DNA of 63,228 bases, counting the filler, from Reclinomonas americana ATCC 50394 (Eukaryota), in assembly GCA_048213135.1 (NCBI GenBank). It is 8 parts of 4 records of this genome, joined end to end, with 100 filler letters (N's around TTAATTAATTAA, not from the genome) between each part and the next. Parts side by side here need not be neighbours in the genome. Positions count along the whole stretch, not along the records: positions 42,115 to 45,815 come from PS015392.1; positions 45,916 to 52,127 come from PS015392.1; positions 52,228 to 56,218 come from PS015392.1; positions 56,319 to 60,344 come from PS015393.1; 4 more parts are not named here. One strand, given 5' to 3'. The position numbers and the translations under genes are program-made. Numbering within the stretch: position 1 is the stretch's first letter; every line of letters begins with the position of its first letter. The notes under the pieces are model-generated. The model was not told the origin of the DNA. It saw nothing but the letters and a program-made list of their open reading frames with translations, and did not search any database. This document shows, one piece after another, positions 43,553-56,412 of the stretch.

Positions 43553-44930
43553 NNNNNNNNNNNNNNNNNNNNNNNNNNNNNNNNNNNNNNNNNNNNNNNN
43601 NNNNNNNNNNNNNNNNNNNNNNNNNNNNNNNNNNNNNNNNNNNNNNNNNNNNNNNNNNNNNNNNNNNNNNNNNNNNNNNNNNNNNNNNNNNNNNNNNNNN
43701 NNNNNNNNNNNNNNNNNNNNNNNNNNNNNNNNNNNNNNNNNNNNNNNNNNNNNNNNNNNNNNNNNNNNNNNNNNNNNNNNNNNNNNNNNNNNNNNNNNNN
43801 NNNNNNNNNNNNNNNNNNNNNNNNNNNNNNNNNNNNNNNNNNNNNNNNNNNNNNNNNNNNNNNNNNNNNNNNNNNNNNNNNNNNNNNNNNNNNNNNNNNN
43901 NNNNNNNNNNNNNNNNNNNNNNNNNNNNNNNNNNNNNNNNNNNNNNNNNNNNNNNNNNNNNNNNNNNNNNNNNNNNNNNNNNNNNNNNNNNNNNNNNNNN
44001 NNNNNNNNNNNNNNNNNNNNNNNNNNNNNNNNNNNNNNNNNNNNNNNNNNNNNNNNNNNNNNNNNNNNNNNNNNNNNNNNNNNNNNNNNNNNNNNNNNNN
44101 NNNNNNNNNNNNNNNNNNNNNNNNNNNNNNNNNNNNNNNNNNNNNNNNNNNNNNNNNNNNNNNNNNNNNNNNNNNNNNNNNNNNNNNNNNNNNNNNNNNN
44201 NNNNNNNNNNNNNNNNNNNNNNNNNNNNNNNNNNNNNNNNNNNNNNNNNNNNNNNNNNNNNNNNNNNNNNNNNNNNNNNNNNNNNNNNNNNNNNNNNNNN
44301 NNNNNNNNNNNNNNNNNNNNNNNNNNNNNNNNNNNNNNNNNNNNNNNNNNNNNNNNNNNNNNNNNNNNNNNNNNNNNNNNNNNNNNNNNNNNNNNNNNNN
44401 NNNNAAGAACCTCGCTCCTGCACGTGTGAGAGAGGGAGAGAGAGAAAGAGAGGGAGAAGAGAGAGAAGAGACAGAGAGAAGAGGGAGTAGAGAGAGAAGA
44501 GGGAGCAGAGAGTGTGAGCGAGTGTGTGTGTGTGTGTGGAGAGAGAGAGAGAGAGAGAGAGAAGGAAGGGAGTGAGTGAGTGAGTGAGTGTGTGTGAGTG
44601 TGTGGGTGAGTGACAAGAATGAGTGAGTGTGTGTATGTGTGTGTGTGAATGAGTGAGTGAGTGCGTGCGTGTGCTTTGTGTCTCTCTTTGTGTCTCTCTG
44701 TGTGTGTCAGTGTGTATGTGAGAGACTTCACCATGGCACTCCCTCCTGTGTGTTCCACGCAAAGGCACGCGAGGTGCGAATGATCTCGCGATACAACGCC
44801 AGCACCTCTCGCCGATGTGGATTCACAAACTTGATCACTTGTGATGCCTGGCGAGGAAATGCACACATGCAAATCAGAGACACAATGAGAGGCAAGAGAG
44901 AGAGAAGGGCGCACGCGGGAAGACCATTGT
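43052..44930 (-). CDS. LYR-motif (Complex1_LYR) protein, gapped, ends uncertain
   Basis: RREVLALYREIIRTSRAFAWNTQEGVPW|SEVL; additional exons on the other side of the gap. Confidence 0.6.
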
Positions 44931-45204
44931 TGCAAGCGAGACGTAAATTCACAAAGTTGCTGGGTGACCGTTTTGTTTATTCCGATTGTGCGGAGCAAAG
45001 ACAAGGTGCGCTCCTCTCTTCCTCTTCCTCTTCCCTTCTCCTCTCCTCCCTTGTCAACCCTCTTCCCCTTCTTCCCACCTCCTCTCTCGCTTTTCTTCTC
45101 TTGAACTGTCACCCTCGTTGTCGCACACTGACCTGTTGGTTTTTCACAGACTTGCACGCGCCCGTCACTCTTCCACTCGCCTTCCCACGCACCCTCAATC
45201 GCCC

Positions 45205-45756
45205 ATGATGCAAGGTCGCACTGCTGTGTTGACCGTGCTGTTGTATGCACTGCTGTTTGCCGCTGTGACGGCCTCAGCTGCGCCGCAAAGTTGCGTTTTT
45301 GTAAGAGTGCGAGACTGAGGGAACGCGTGCCTGCGACGGACCACTAACGGTTTTCCGCATAAACAACAGAGGCGGCAAAGACGTCGGTGTGGCCACCGCG
45401 CGTCCACCGCGGCACTCTGTCGCGCCCAGTGGAGATGCCCGAGTTCACTCGCACACATGCATTTGGAGTCAAGTCGCTGTCGGAGGACGGCACGCTGCAC
45501 TCGATTGCCGGTGATTCCGAGGCCTTTTTCGTGGCCGCCGATGCCAAGTCGTGCGAGGAGGCGACGTCGCCGGCGGGTGTTGCCGTGCGCGGCACGCAGG
45601 TCCGCTTTGTCGGTCACGAGACCACGTTTAACCGTCTCAAGTTGTCCGTTGACGCCTTTGTCGATGGCATCTCGGCCGCCGCCGGTCACTACGTGCTGTG
45701 CGCTCGTGCCTCGCCCGAGCAGCAGTACGAGTCGCTGGCCCCCGTGCACATCTCCA
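45205..45756 (+). CDS. Secreted protein N-terminus, probably the 5' part of the H-type lectin gene
   Basis: Signal peptide MMQGRTAVLTVLLYALLFAAVTASA; Cys-containing beta domain similar in style to 46250-46570. Confidence 0.55.
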
Positions 45757-45915
45757 GTTGCGTTTGTGTGCACACATCGCTCACCATCCAATCGTTTAGT
45801 AACACTCCTCCACACNNNNNNNNNNNNNNNNNNNNNNNNNNNNNNNNNNNNNNNNNNNNTTAATTAATTAANNNNNNNNNNNNNNNNNNNNNNNNNNNNN
45901 NNNNNNNNNNNNNNN

Positions 45916-46572
45916 GACGGATCGGTGAACGTGGCCAACCAGGTCAGCTTGAACGAGAGCACGCGCGCGTCGGCGTACGTGATGCACTTGACGCGCATGG
46001 AGGTGGCGTCGGCATTCATCGGCGAGCAGTTGATGCGGGTGTCGGAGTCCGACGGCACCGCCAGGCCGCTAAAGCCAATCAGCACCTTGGGCGGGCCGCC
46101 AAACGGCTCCTCAAAGGTCACCTTGGTCTCGTACGAGCGAGTGCCCTGGCCGTTGGTGAAGCCACTCGGGTGGTACGTGTCCTCGGCGTCGCTGGTGCCC
46201 GTCGGCTCAATGTCGCCAAACTGAATCTGGCTGCCGACATTGATGAGCGAGCGGTCGACGGCCGTGAACTTGGAGTCGCTGTCGGCGGCCAAGCACAGCT
46301 TCAGCGAGATGCCGCGCGAGACCTTGGCCTTGAGGGCAAACGCCGAGCAGCCGCCAGTGCCGTTGTCGCACGAGCGCGGACCCACATCCTCTCCGCCGTA
46401 CGTCTTGATGTACTCGACCGACTCGTGGTTCGCCGCGGAGCAAGCCACCTGCTGCGCCACCAGCGTGAAGCGAGTGGCCGCCGACAGGTTGTGACCGCGC
46501 AGGTTGATGGTGAACTCCTCGCGAGCCGGCATGCCGAGCGTGCTCAGCGTGGCGGTCGGCGACGGCAGGGCT
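45916..46572 (-). CDS. H-type lectin domain-containing fragment
   Basis: VTFEEPFGGPPKVLIGFSGL...DTRI...FKLTWLA matches the H_lectin pattern. Confidence 0.75.
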
Positions 46573-47039
46573 NNNNNNNNNNNNNNNNNNNNNNNNNNNN
46601 NNNNNNNNNNNNNNNNNNNNNNNNNNNNNNNNNNNNNNNNNNNNNNNNNNNNNNNNNNNNNNNNNNNNNNNNNNNNNNNNNNNNNNNNNNNNNNNNNNNN
46701 NNNNNNNNNNNNNNNNNNNNNNNNNNNNNNNNNNNNNNNNNNNNNNNNNNNNNNNNNNNNNNNNNNNNNNNNNNNNNNNNNNNNNNNNNNNNNNNNNNNN
46801 NNNNNNNNNNNNNNNNNNNNNNNNNNNNNNNNNNNNNNNNNNNNNNNNNNNNNNNNNNNNNNNNNNNNNNNNNNNNNNNNNNNNNNNNNNNNNNNNNNNN
46901 NNNNNNNNNNNNNNNNNNNNNNNNNNNNNNNNNNNNNNNNNNNNNNNNNNNNNNNNNNNNNNNNNNNNNNNNNNNNNNNNNNNNNNNNNNNNNNNNNNNN
47001 NNNNNNNNNNNNNNNNNNNNNNNNNNNNNNNNNNNNNNN

Positions 47040-47759
47040 GCTGGCCAATGTCGCCGCTGGCCTCGTGAACTACTCGTCGGCCTCGGCCCGCGAGTGGTGG
47101 ACCCCGAGCGAGGGCGAGCTGTCGCTCGACCGCCACCAGTTGAAGAGCGTCAGCTTTGCGAAGCCGTTTGATCAGGTGCCGCGTGTGGCCACTGGTCTGA
47201 CCCAGGTGCACGCCTCGCGCAACGATCCCGACAACTACACCGGCACCGTGGTCGCCACCAGCGCCAAGGGCTTTGAGCATGAGTTGCGTACACACACACA
47301 CACATACACACACTGCTAGTCCATTCGCAGTGATCGGAAACACTTACACACGTGTCATTTTGCGCGTGCAGGGCTATTGTGCAGAGCAAGTCGCGCGTGC
47401 AGCAGCTGGCGTACTCGTGGCTGGCATTCCCGCCAGTGAGCCGCTCCGGCTACACGATGGAGACGGGCGATTATGCGCTCCGTGCCGATGGCGACTGCGC
47501 CAAGATCGAGTTCCCGACGGCGTTCGCTGCCGGTACCGAGGTCAAGTCACTGGTGTTTGCCACTGGCTGGGAGTTCAACTCGCACGACGACGAGCCGCTC
47601 GACTTTGACCTGGCGATCTCCACCACCACCGAGGACTGGATGGAGGTGTGCCTGGTCGGCGGCACTCGTGGCAACCTGAAGAAGGTGTCCTTCAACTGGG
47701 CTGCCTTTGGCATTCCATGGGCCCCCGTCGCCCCGCAGAGCGACGGTTCCCTCGCCTAA
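47040..47759 (+). CDS. C-terminal fragment with two H-type lectin domains
   Basis: VSFAKPFDQVPRVATGL...YSWLA and IEFPTAF...VSFNWAA; TAA at 47757-47759. Confidence 0.75.
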
Positions 47760-47964
47760 TCGGCCTGGTATCCTGAGCAATATCTATCCAACGCCTTCTT
47801 CTTCTTCTTCTTCTGTTTGTTTGCTGTTTTGATGATGAGCCTGCTGGGTCTGTGCGCGGGAGAAGTGTGCAGGAAAATACACAGCCATTCAGGCATCCTT
47901 CGATACGAAAGAAAAAAAGGGCATTGCATGACATTAACTAATCGTTGGGTGCAAGGCGCACTGC

Positions 47965-49981
47965 TCAAGAGTGCTTGGGTGACTGCGAAGCGGTGCTTGG
48001 AGGGGGCGGTGGCGGTTGCGGTTGTTCTGGTGGAGCGGCAAAGGCCTCCACAAACTTGGACGACGACATCTCCTCCAATGGTGTGACGGCCGTCAGCGCG
48101 CCACCTGGACTCGCCAGCGCATACAGGCCACTGCTGCCACCACCCACACCACCACCGCCACTGTGCCCGCCCACACCACCGCCACTGCCGTCGCCAAACG
48201 GCGAAAACAGACTGCCTGGTACCGAGGCTAGACGTAGCGGAGAGCGATTGGCTGGATGCTGTTGCTGCTGCTGCTGTTGCTGTTGTGGATGTGACTGCGG
48301 CGGTTGTTGTGATGCCTGAAGAGAGTTGCCAGTGAGTGCGATGAGCGCTCTAGAGACCCCTGCACATCATCTCACCTTACTCGGGCCAAGAGGCAGACTC
48401 AGACCGAGTCGCCTACGTTTCGTGGACGGTGCACCGGAGGACTTGTCGTCGTCTGCAGTGTCGTCCGGCGGTCCACTCGTGGCCACAGTCGACAGCAGAT
48501 GCACTCCTCCACCGTTGTGATCGCGCTTGCCGAGAGTGGGAGTCGACTCCGCATGAGGAGTCGGCGTCGGCTGGTCGGAGACGCTAAAGGGGAGCGGCAG
48601 GAGCGCTTGCGGAGTGAACGGAGCAGTAAAGCCGGGTGTAAATGCGGAATCCTCCAGTAGGCGCGCGCTACTGCCGCCAGCCAGCAGCGGCTCATGAGGG
48701 GTGGTTGGATCGGCAAAGTACGAGCGCTGCGCAGTCGAGGCTGCCGCGGTCGCCGCGGGTGCTGGCGCGGCAGTCGGTGCACTTGGCGCCGGCATAGTGA
48801 CCGTGGGCACCAGCAGCGGCAGTCCTCTGTTGGCCTGCACTGTGGACGCCGCCTCTGCCAGCAACATGGTCGTTGATCCCGACGACACCGGCAGCGGCAC
48901 AAACGATTGCGGCATCGCCGTGTACCCACTCAGCGCATGCAGTGGTGGCGGCGGCGGCGGCTGAGATGCGTGATTGCTGCTGTTGCCACGCGAGCGCGGC
49001 GGTGGCGAAGGTGTCGGCCGACCCGTCGACCGATCATCATCGTCGTCGTCGTCACCGGCAGCGGCGGCGACGGCAGCCGACCTCGCCGTACTGGCGGTCC
49101 CACGACCGCGTGTACCCGCTCGTGTAGCTCGTGATCCACGCGCACCATTGGTGGCCGGCTTGCGCTCCGTCTCGCTCTCCTCCTCCTCCTCATCATCCTC
49201 CTCCTCCTCTTCCTCATCGTCGTCTTCGTACTCCTCCTCTGCATCGTCCTCATCCTCGTCCTCATCGTCATCGTCGTCACTGCTCGGCTTTCGTCGCCGT
49301 CCTTTCCCGCGCTTTCCCGCGGAAGCTGCGGCTCCTCCAGCGGTGCCACCGCCGCGAGCACGCGACGTCCGCTGCGGCGACGGCGACGCCGAGGCGGTTC
49401 CACTGCGCTTCCGTCCCGTCTCAATGTCGTAGTTTTCCACTCGTCGCTGCTCCATTAGCACCACTCCACCCGCCGACGACGATCCCGATCCGCCTTTGCG
49501 ATTCAGTGCGTTGTGGTACGCATCCAGCAGGCTGGAGGGGTCGTCCTGGATGCAGGAGAGAGTGTGTGAGAGAGAGAGAGATAGAGAGAGCGCACGTGAG
49601 GGAGAATGATGCAATGAGCGCACACACCGTCGAGCTGAACTCGTGCAGGCGGCGCTTCTCCGACATGACTGCAGATGTGCAGCGCGGGGAGAGTGAGAGT
49701 GAGAGTGAGGCGATGAGAGGGAAAAAAGTTCGAAATATGCAGGCGCACCAATGAGGAGCACTTTGGCGTCGCACAGCACCGAGAGCTCCATGGCTTTCTT
49801 CATGAGTCCCTCTTTGCGCTTGCGAAAGGTCACTGTTGTTGGCGAAGATACAGAGAGAGAGGGAGAGTGAGACGCAGTCAATTGTTGTGTTGTGGACGCG
49901 GGCGACGGGAGGAGGCGGTGGCGAACCTGAGCGTGCCTTGTCGGCCTCGATTCGCTGTATCACGATCTTCTTGCGACCCAT
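47965..49981 (-). CDS. MADS-box (MEF2/SRF-type) transcription factor
   Basis: MGRKKIVIQRIEADKARS|VTFRKRKEGLMKKAMELSVLCDAKVLLI|VMSEKRRLHEFSST, followed by an acidic/Pro/Gln-rich tail. Confidence 0.93.
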
Positions 49982-50222
49982 AGATGATGTGAAGTGAGAG
50001 TGAGAGAGCGAGAGTGAGAGTGGACAGATGGCTCGCGATTTGTAAACTCTTTTACAGTAGTGCCAACTCAGTTTTCAGTGCAGCACAGCTGCGATGCACC
50101 CCCGACAACAATTCATTCACCAACAAACAAAGCGGCAGCTACCTCGATGATCTTCTCAACTCGCATCGCAAATGAGCCAATATTATCGATCGCGATATCG
50201 AGCACACGAGTTGCCATCGCCA

Positions 50223-51561
50223 TTAGTACCCAACACATCCACTGCGTGCACCAACAGTACTCAGTCGACATACATCTCAACGAACTCCCCTTCAAATCCA
50301 CCCCACGCAACAGCTTGTGACAAAACGCCCACGATAGAATATCCACATCCTGCGTCACATCGCCGACAGCGCCTGTGAAGCCAATGTAGCCGAAGCCGCT
50401 GGCGTTGAGGATGCCCTGCATCGCAAGCAACGTCAGCACCATCCCGGAAACCTCTCTTGCGCTGCAAATACATCTCATGATCATTCCATACCCGTTGCTG
50501 CATGTGGTGCGTAGAGTACGCGCTGTCCAGCGTCACCTCCACCACAAGTGCCGGCCGTGCAAGATTGTCCACAAACACTGTCAAGCGACCGGCCTTCTCG
50601 AACGCTGGCGGGTGATACCTGTAGTTGCAATTCATAAGAAAATGATTATGCTTGGCGAGAGCAACAACAACGACGACGACGAACCACACTCGCACTGTGT
50701 GCACTTCGCCATCCGACAGATTGGGAATGGACAGCGATGCTCCAAGCAAGTGTGACGTGGCGTGATCCGCAGAGATCGGCACACCCGACAGCGATGTGAA
50801 CACTGCCACACGCAAATCAGTCTATTATCTCTCTCCACTGTGCGCACCACCACCGCCAGCACATTGCTTCATCATACCTGCAACGTGATTATCTGCATAG
50901 TTCACGTACTCGGTGGCATTGATCCACCAGTTGTCCAGGCCCTATCACCACAGTGATTAGTGACGACAGACAGTAAGTTTATCAGGCAGCTGCGTTGCAC
51001 CCACCTGTTTGGGATCCGTGTACTCCTTGTTGAACTGTGTACGTGTTGTGCGTACTGCAGTCAGCAACCACCAAGCTACATTCCTCAACACACACACTAC
51101 AAACCCAGGTGTCAAACTCGACAGCCAGAATGTTGCTCATGCCCTCGTATCCCAGACCTCGACCAACCGCCGATTGCGGATCTGTTGCCCAGCTGTCCGG
51201 CAGCAGGCCCTGGTTGTCCATCGACAACGCCTTTTGCAGCACCAGCGCAAAGCCGTCGCCTCCCGCACAGAATCTACATGTCACATGCGTTGGCACACGC
51301 ACGCACACACACACACGCACTGCTCCCCCCAACAACGAACCCATCCAGCTCCGTGCACAGACCCGGATTGTGGATGCGGAACTTGAAGCGTGCCTCGAAG
51401 CCGTCCTTCATGTACACTGGATCACCGGCCCACACACCAGATCGCAGGTTGCGATCGGTCAGCATCGGGACCGCACCGGCCTGGCGTCGAGTCAGTCGCA
51501 TGACGCGGTTCGGCATTGGTGCGATGTCGTCGAACACAAACTGCGCAATGGAGTCAGCGAA

Positions 51562-51633
<72 letters not shown>

Positions 51634-52127
51634 TACATACTTACATACTTACATACATATACACACGCATGCAGACACTCTAGGTCTCTAATACACAGCT
51701 CGACAGACACACTGCAGCAGTACCTGTGGCAAAATACTGTACAGTGCGGACGCGTAGCTTGTATCCACAGTCACCAGCATGTTCAGCGATGTCAAATCGC
51801 GCGCAGTTAGATACAAGCAATTGCCGACAGTCACTGGCGTCATGCTGTCACCGACAACTTCTACGGCAGCGCCGGGAGCATCCTGACAGCGGAAATCCGT
51901 AAAGTTGAAATCTGTGGTCGCAGTAATCAGCACAACGAAACAACACACAGCACACTGCTCATCTCTTCTCAACACATACCAAGCCACAGTTGGAACGTGT
52001 ATTGCGACGGACCACTCTTTTGTGGGAACTGGTTGTCGCCCAGGACACCAACGTAGTACGAGGAGCAGCCGACCGGCGTGCACGAACCTGCATGTATTCC
52101 ACAATCAGGATCAGTCCGCTGCACCAC
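50223..52127 (-). CDS. L-type (legume/ConA-like) lectin domain protein, 5' truncated
   Basis: GFEARFKFRI, GGDGFALVLQ, GLGYEGMSNILAVEFDTW, NLSDGEVHTVR and GYIGFTGAVG...ILSWAF. Confidence 0.85.
51565..51628 (+). repeat. (CA)n microsatellite, intronic
   Basis: Direct inspection. Confidence 0.95.
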
Positions 52128-52572
52128 NNNNNNNNNNNNNNNNNNNNNNNNNNNNNNNNNNNNNNNNNNNNTTAATTAATTAANNNNNNNNNNNNNNNNN
52201 NNNNNNNNNNNNNNNNNNNNNNNNNNNGGAGGCGGTGGCGGTGGTTTGTTCCCTGAAGGTCCGCCTGCCTCGGGAGCCATCAGCGACAAGGGAATGCCCG
52301 CATCCTCCGCCGGCTTCACCTCCTCCTGCATCGTACGCGACACCAGAGCATACAGCGACTCCACCGGCTGCTCCACCGCTGTCTCCTCCACCATGCTCAC
52401 CAGTGGCATCGCCACCAACTCATCCATGAGCGGTGGCCGCTCTCGCCGCGGTCGACGACGCGCAGGCGGCGTCACCGGCGAGAAGTGCACATCCCCACCA
52501 GAGATGTCTACACCAGTGGTGAGAGAGACACAGAGAAGAGAGAGAGAGAGAGNNNNNNNNNNNNNNNNNNNN

Positions 52573-54450
52573 TCCGCCACAGCAGCAGCAGCAGCAGCAA
52601 AAGCCGCCGCAGTTGCCGTACATGAACAAGCGCGGCAAGAAGTTTGTTCCCGGCGGCAAGTACGTCAATCCGTATGGCGCGCCGAGTGCGGGCATGATGG
52701 GCGCGCCGCAGGCCAGTGGTCCGTCGGCCTACGAGACCCTGGCGCACGAGTCCATCAGCTTTACCGTCGACCTCAGCCAGGCGTCGACGCTATACAATGT
52801 TGTGAGGAAGGAAGGTGTGCTCTCTTTTCCATGCACTACTTTAGTGTCTTGCTCGGCGGCTGACAGTGGGGTTGTTGCAGAGGCCCAGTGTGCCAAGTGT
52901 CACGTGCGTGGCGCGCTGCAGCTTCCGTGCGAGCACTTTTTGTGCACCGCCTGCCTCGTGGAGCAGGCTGAGCAGTTGGTGGAAGCCTATGGCTCCAGGC
53001 AGAAGCGTCTGGCTGCGGCCGATGCCAAGGCTGCGGCGGCGGCAACGACGACGACCACCACCACCACCACCACCGCCGCCACGACTGGCGTCAGCACGAG
53101 GAAAAAAGGCGGCAAGCAGAAAAAGGCGGAACCGCCAAAGCCATCGGCTGATGCTGTGCTCAAGAAGGTACGCGTTGGAGATGCATGTACAATGATACAT
53201 GCACGTGCTCACTCTCTTTGCCGCAACACAGGAATTGCTCGAGTCGGCCAAGGAAATGGCCCGCAAGCTAAAGGAGAAACAGAAGAAGAAGAGTCGAGAC
53301 AAGGCACAAGCAGCAGTGGCTGCCGCTGCCGCCGCAGCAGCAGCAGCACCGGAAAGTAGCGACGGTGTCGCGACACAGAAGCAGGAGGTGGCAGAGGAGG
53401 AGAAGGAGGACAAGGAAGAGAAGAGCAAGCAGGCGGTGGATTCATCCGTGGTGGCTGTTGCGTACTCTTCCCGCCTAACTGGTCGCGACTTCGTCTCATC
53501 TCCGCACGCAGCATCCGATCCCCGACGTTCTCCTGCAGCAAACGGGATTCGAGTGCATCATTTGCAGAGTTGCGCCTGGCAGCAAGCTTGTCTTCTCGCA
53601 CTCGCTCCTTGCTCACTCTACGAGCTGCACGCAGCATGTGGTTACTGAGTTTGTGCAACTACCGGCTTGCCGTCGAGTGCACGCCTATTGCCTGAAGTGC
53701 GCAAAGGCGTCGTTCCCGCCCAATACCAACGTCGGCTCCTGCGCTTACTGCCGCATGGTGTGTGGGAGGCGGCCGCGCTTTTTGCATTTTCTCGTGCGCC
53801 TGTCGCTGACACGCCCTGTCGCAGACCTCGGCACTGCGAGCACCCATCGAAAAGTACGTGCGACACTGGTCGCCGGATTGTGTGCCGCTCTTTGTCAAGT
53901 GCTGTGTGCGCACGTGCCTTCAAGGTATGCATTGCCATGTCACCTGTCGGATTCTCATCGCCACTGACAAATTGTGTTCGCAGCCGTGCCGGTCAACGTG
54001 ATTGACAGAGCGTTCTCCAAGGAGGAGCAGCAGGCCAAGCGGCTCGGGCAGACAGATCGCGTGCTCAAGCTGCGCGAGTGTCGTCGCGACTACGGGACGT
54101 GGCTGTGTCAGACGATTCGCCAGCGCCGTTCGCAAGCGGCCGCGCAGCAGCTGGAGATGGCGCGCAATCCACCACCCCCACCGCCGCCGCCGCTTGCTGC
54201 TCCTGTTCGGTTTGCAAATGCTCTGCAGCAGCAACTGTCGTCGGCTATGAAGAAGGCACAGTTCCAGTACCCAATGTTTGCGTCGAGTGGCGGGCACATG
54301 AGCTTTTTGTGCGCGTTCGATCACCATTTCCACGAGTTATTCGACGAGGAGTATGATGACGAGTACGATGACGAGCGCGAAGACGAGTACGACGAGGAGT
54401 GCGATTGTGACGAATGTGTGAGAGAGCGAGAAGAGGATGAGTACTGTTGA
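52573..54450 (+). CDS. RING-type zinc finger protein with an acidic C-terminus, 5' truncated
   Basis: CAKC...LPCEHFLCTAC, and after splicing FECIICR|HVVTEFVQLPACRRVHAYCLKC...CAYCR. Confidence 0.75.
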
Positions 54451-54547
54451 TGAATGAAGAAGAGTGAAGACACATTGATTCCAATACATTCGGTTTACAA
54501 GTACATCATCACGAGTGAGCTGCTTCGTGAGGGGGGCGCGGGGTGGA

Positions 54548-55857
54548 TCACCAGCGGCCGGTGCCCATGGTCTCCGCCAACGAGGCCTCTTCGTATTTTC
54601 TAATCAAGACGGCTGCGGAACAAAGTTAACAGTGCAACGGAGGGAGAGAGACAGAGACAGCATGCGACGCACTTCGAGCAAGTCCATTCTCCAGTCGCCC
54701 GCGCAGATCCGAGAGCGATTCACGTGCGCGCTGAAGCTCACGGCGAGCCCTGCACCCGTCGTCAGAGGGAACACCCACAACAACTTGCGCAGGAGCAACA
54801 ACGACGACGACGACGCAACTGTGCCTTGGCGGCACGAGTCCAGAACATGCGTACACAATTGAGCACGACCACGGCCTTGCGCTTGCACCGCACCCACAGT
54901 TCATGCATATCTCGCTGATCGTCATCCAGCCACTCCACACCCGACTCCTCCGACTGTGCGTCCACCGCCTGCCGCGTGATATTGTGCTTGGCCATCCACG
55001 CATCCTCCAGCTCGCGCTCATATTGCTCCTGCACTCATCGTCAAGGCGCGCACACCAAAAAGCACCACGGCATACACATTGCGTACGAACCGCAAGCTCG
55101 CGGTGTCGCTCATAGTCGGCCTCGTCGGGGTCAATCAGACCGCCCAAGTCCAATATCTCCAACGTCGAACGCTGTTGCGTGTGAATGGTGAGCTCATATT
55201 TCCGCAGAGAAACGCACCGGAGAATGCTCCTCACCGATCGCGACTTGCTGAGCTTGTCCTCAATGCGCTTCTTCTCGAGGATTTGCCGCACCAAACGATC
55301 ATTCCGTTGTCGCAGGATCTATTATTGTAAACCACTATGAGAAAAAAGGAAAAACCGACGAACGATTTGCTGCTGATGATAAAAGGCAATAATGCGAGTG
55401 TCAGAGTGTGTCGCAGTCGGGTGACAGTTGGGAAATGTGTGAGACACGCGCGCAAGCAAGGCGCGGAAAGAGGCTCACTGCAGTGGGATACACGAGTGCA
55501 AGGGAGAGAGAGTGCGAGAGACACAAATAAAGTGTCACTTGCTCTCATATTCATTCGCACACACTCTCACACACACTCTCGCTCACTCACACACACGCTC
55601 TGTGTATGAGCGCGCACAACAACAACACCAGCACACCCACGAGACATGAGAAGAAGAAGAACGCCCAAGGAAAACCGTCTCTCTTTCTCTCGGTCACTCA
55701 CTCTCTCTCTCTCTCCCTCTCTCCCACCACACACCTTGGCAATGTTCTTCTTGCGCCGATCACACACCAACAGACCGTGCTTGAACTCCAGCGCGTTGGC
55801 CTGAAGCTGACGGAGAGCCGTCGAGCCGCCCTCCTCGCCCACACTCTCCTTTAACAT
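54548..55857 (-). CDS. Hypothetical helical/coiled-coil protein, multi-exon
   Basis: Exon chain MLKESVGEE...KNIAK|ILRQRND...|QEQYERELEDAW...|ARRELQRARESL; last exon uncertain. Confidence 0.5.
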
Positions 55858-55977
55858 AGTCGCGCACGTGCTCTCTCTCACACACACACTCACACACTCA
55901 GACACGAGAAGGCGTATTGCTCTGCGCGATCACTACACGAGTGGAGGCGATCGATCCACCCGCTCAACTAACACTCA

Positions 55978-56218
55978 ATGGAAACTCTCTCAGCCGAGGT
56001 CGAGCGCCTTCTGCTGGCAGTCGCCGAGTCGACCAGTGCTGAGGAGCGACAAGGCATGAACACACACACACACACACACCTCCTTGCTTGCCTCACACAC
56101 TGACTCGCTCTCTCTGTCATAGCGCGCACTGCACTAGTGTTTGCGCAGCTGGAACGCGAGCTGGTGCCGGTGATGGCACGCTCGACAGTGTTCGCCGAGG
56201 CAGCGACTGCAGAGAAGC
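55978..56218 (+). CDS. 5' fragment of a hypothetical protein
   Basis: METLSAEVERLLLAVAESTSAEERQ, then a probable GC-AG intron and a second exon running into the linker. Confidence 0.35.
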
Positions 56219-56412
56219 NNNNNNNNNNNNNNNNNNNNNNNNNNNNNNNNNNNNNNNNNNNNTTAATTAATTAANNNNNNNNNNNNNNNNNNNNNNNNNN
56301 NNNNNNNNNNNNNNNNNNAACGGCGGCTTGTGCGCGCGGCACTGCGGCGACTGGGATTCGAAGTCGATGACAAGTGATCATTTCACTCTTTCTCCACACC
56401 ACTGCGAGTGAC

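Noticed and set aside
54762..54820. Cys-rich tail RRRRRCCSCASCCGCSL ending in TGA as a metal-binding or Sec motif
   Set aside because: It falls inside an intron starting at the GTTGCG donor at 54819 (minus strand); splicing restores a coiled-coil frame
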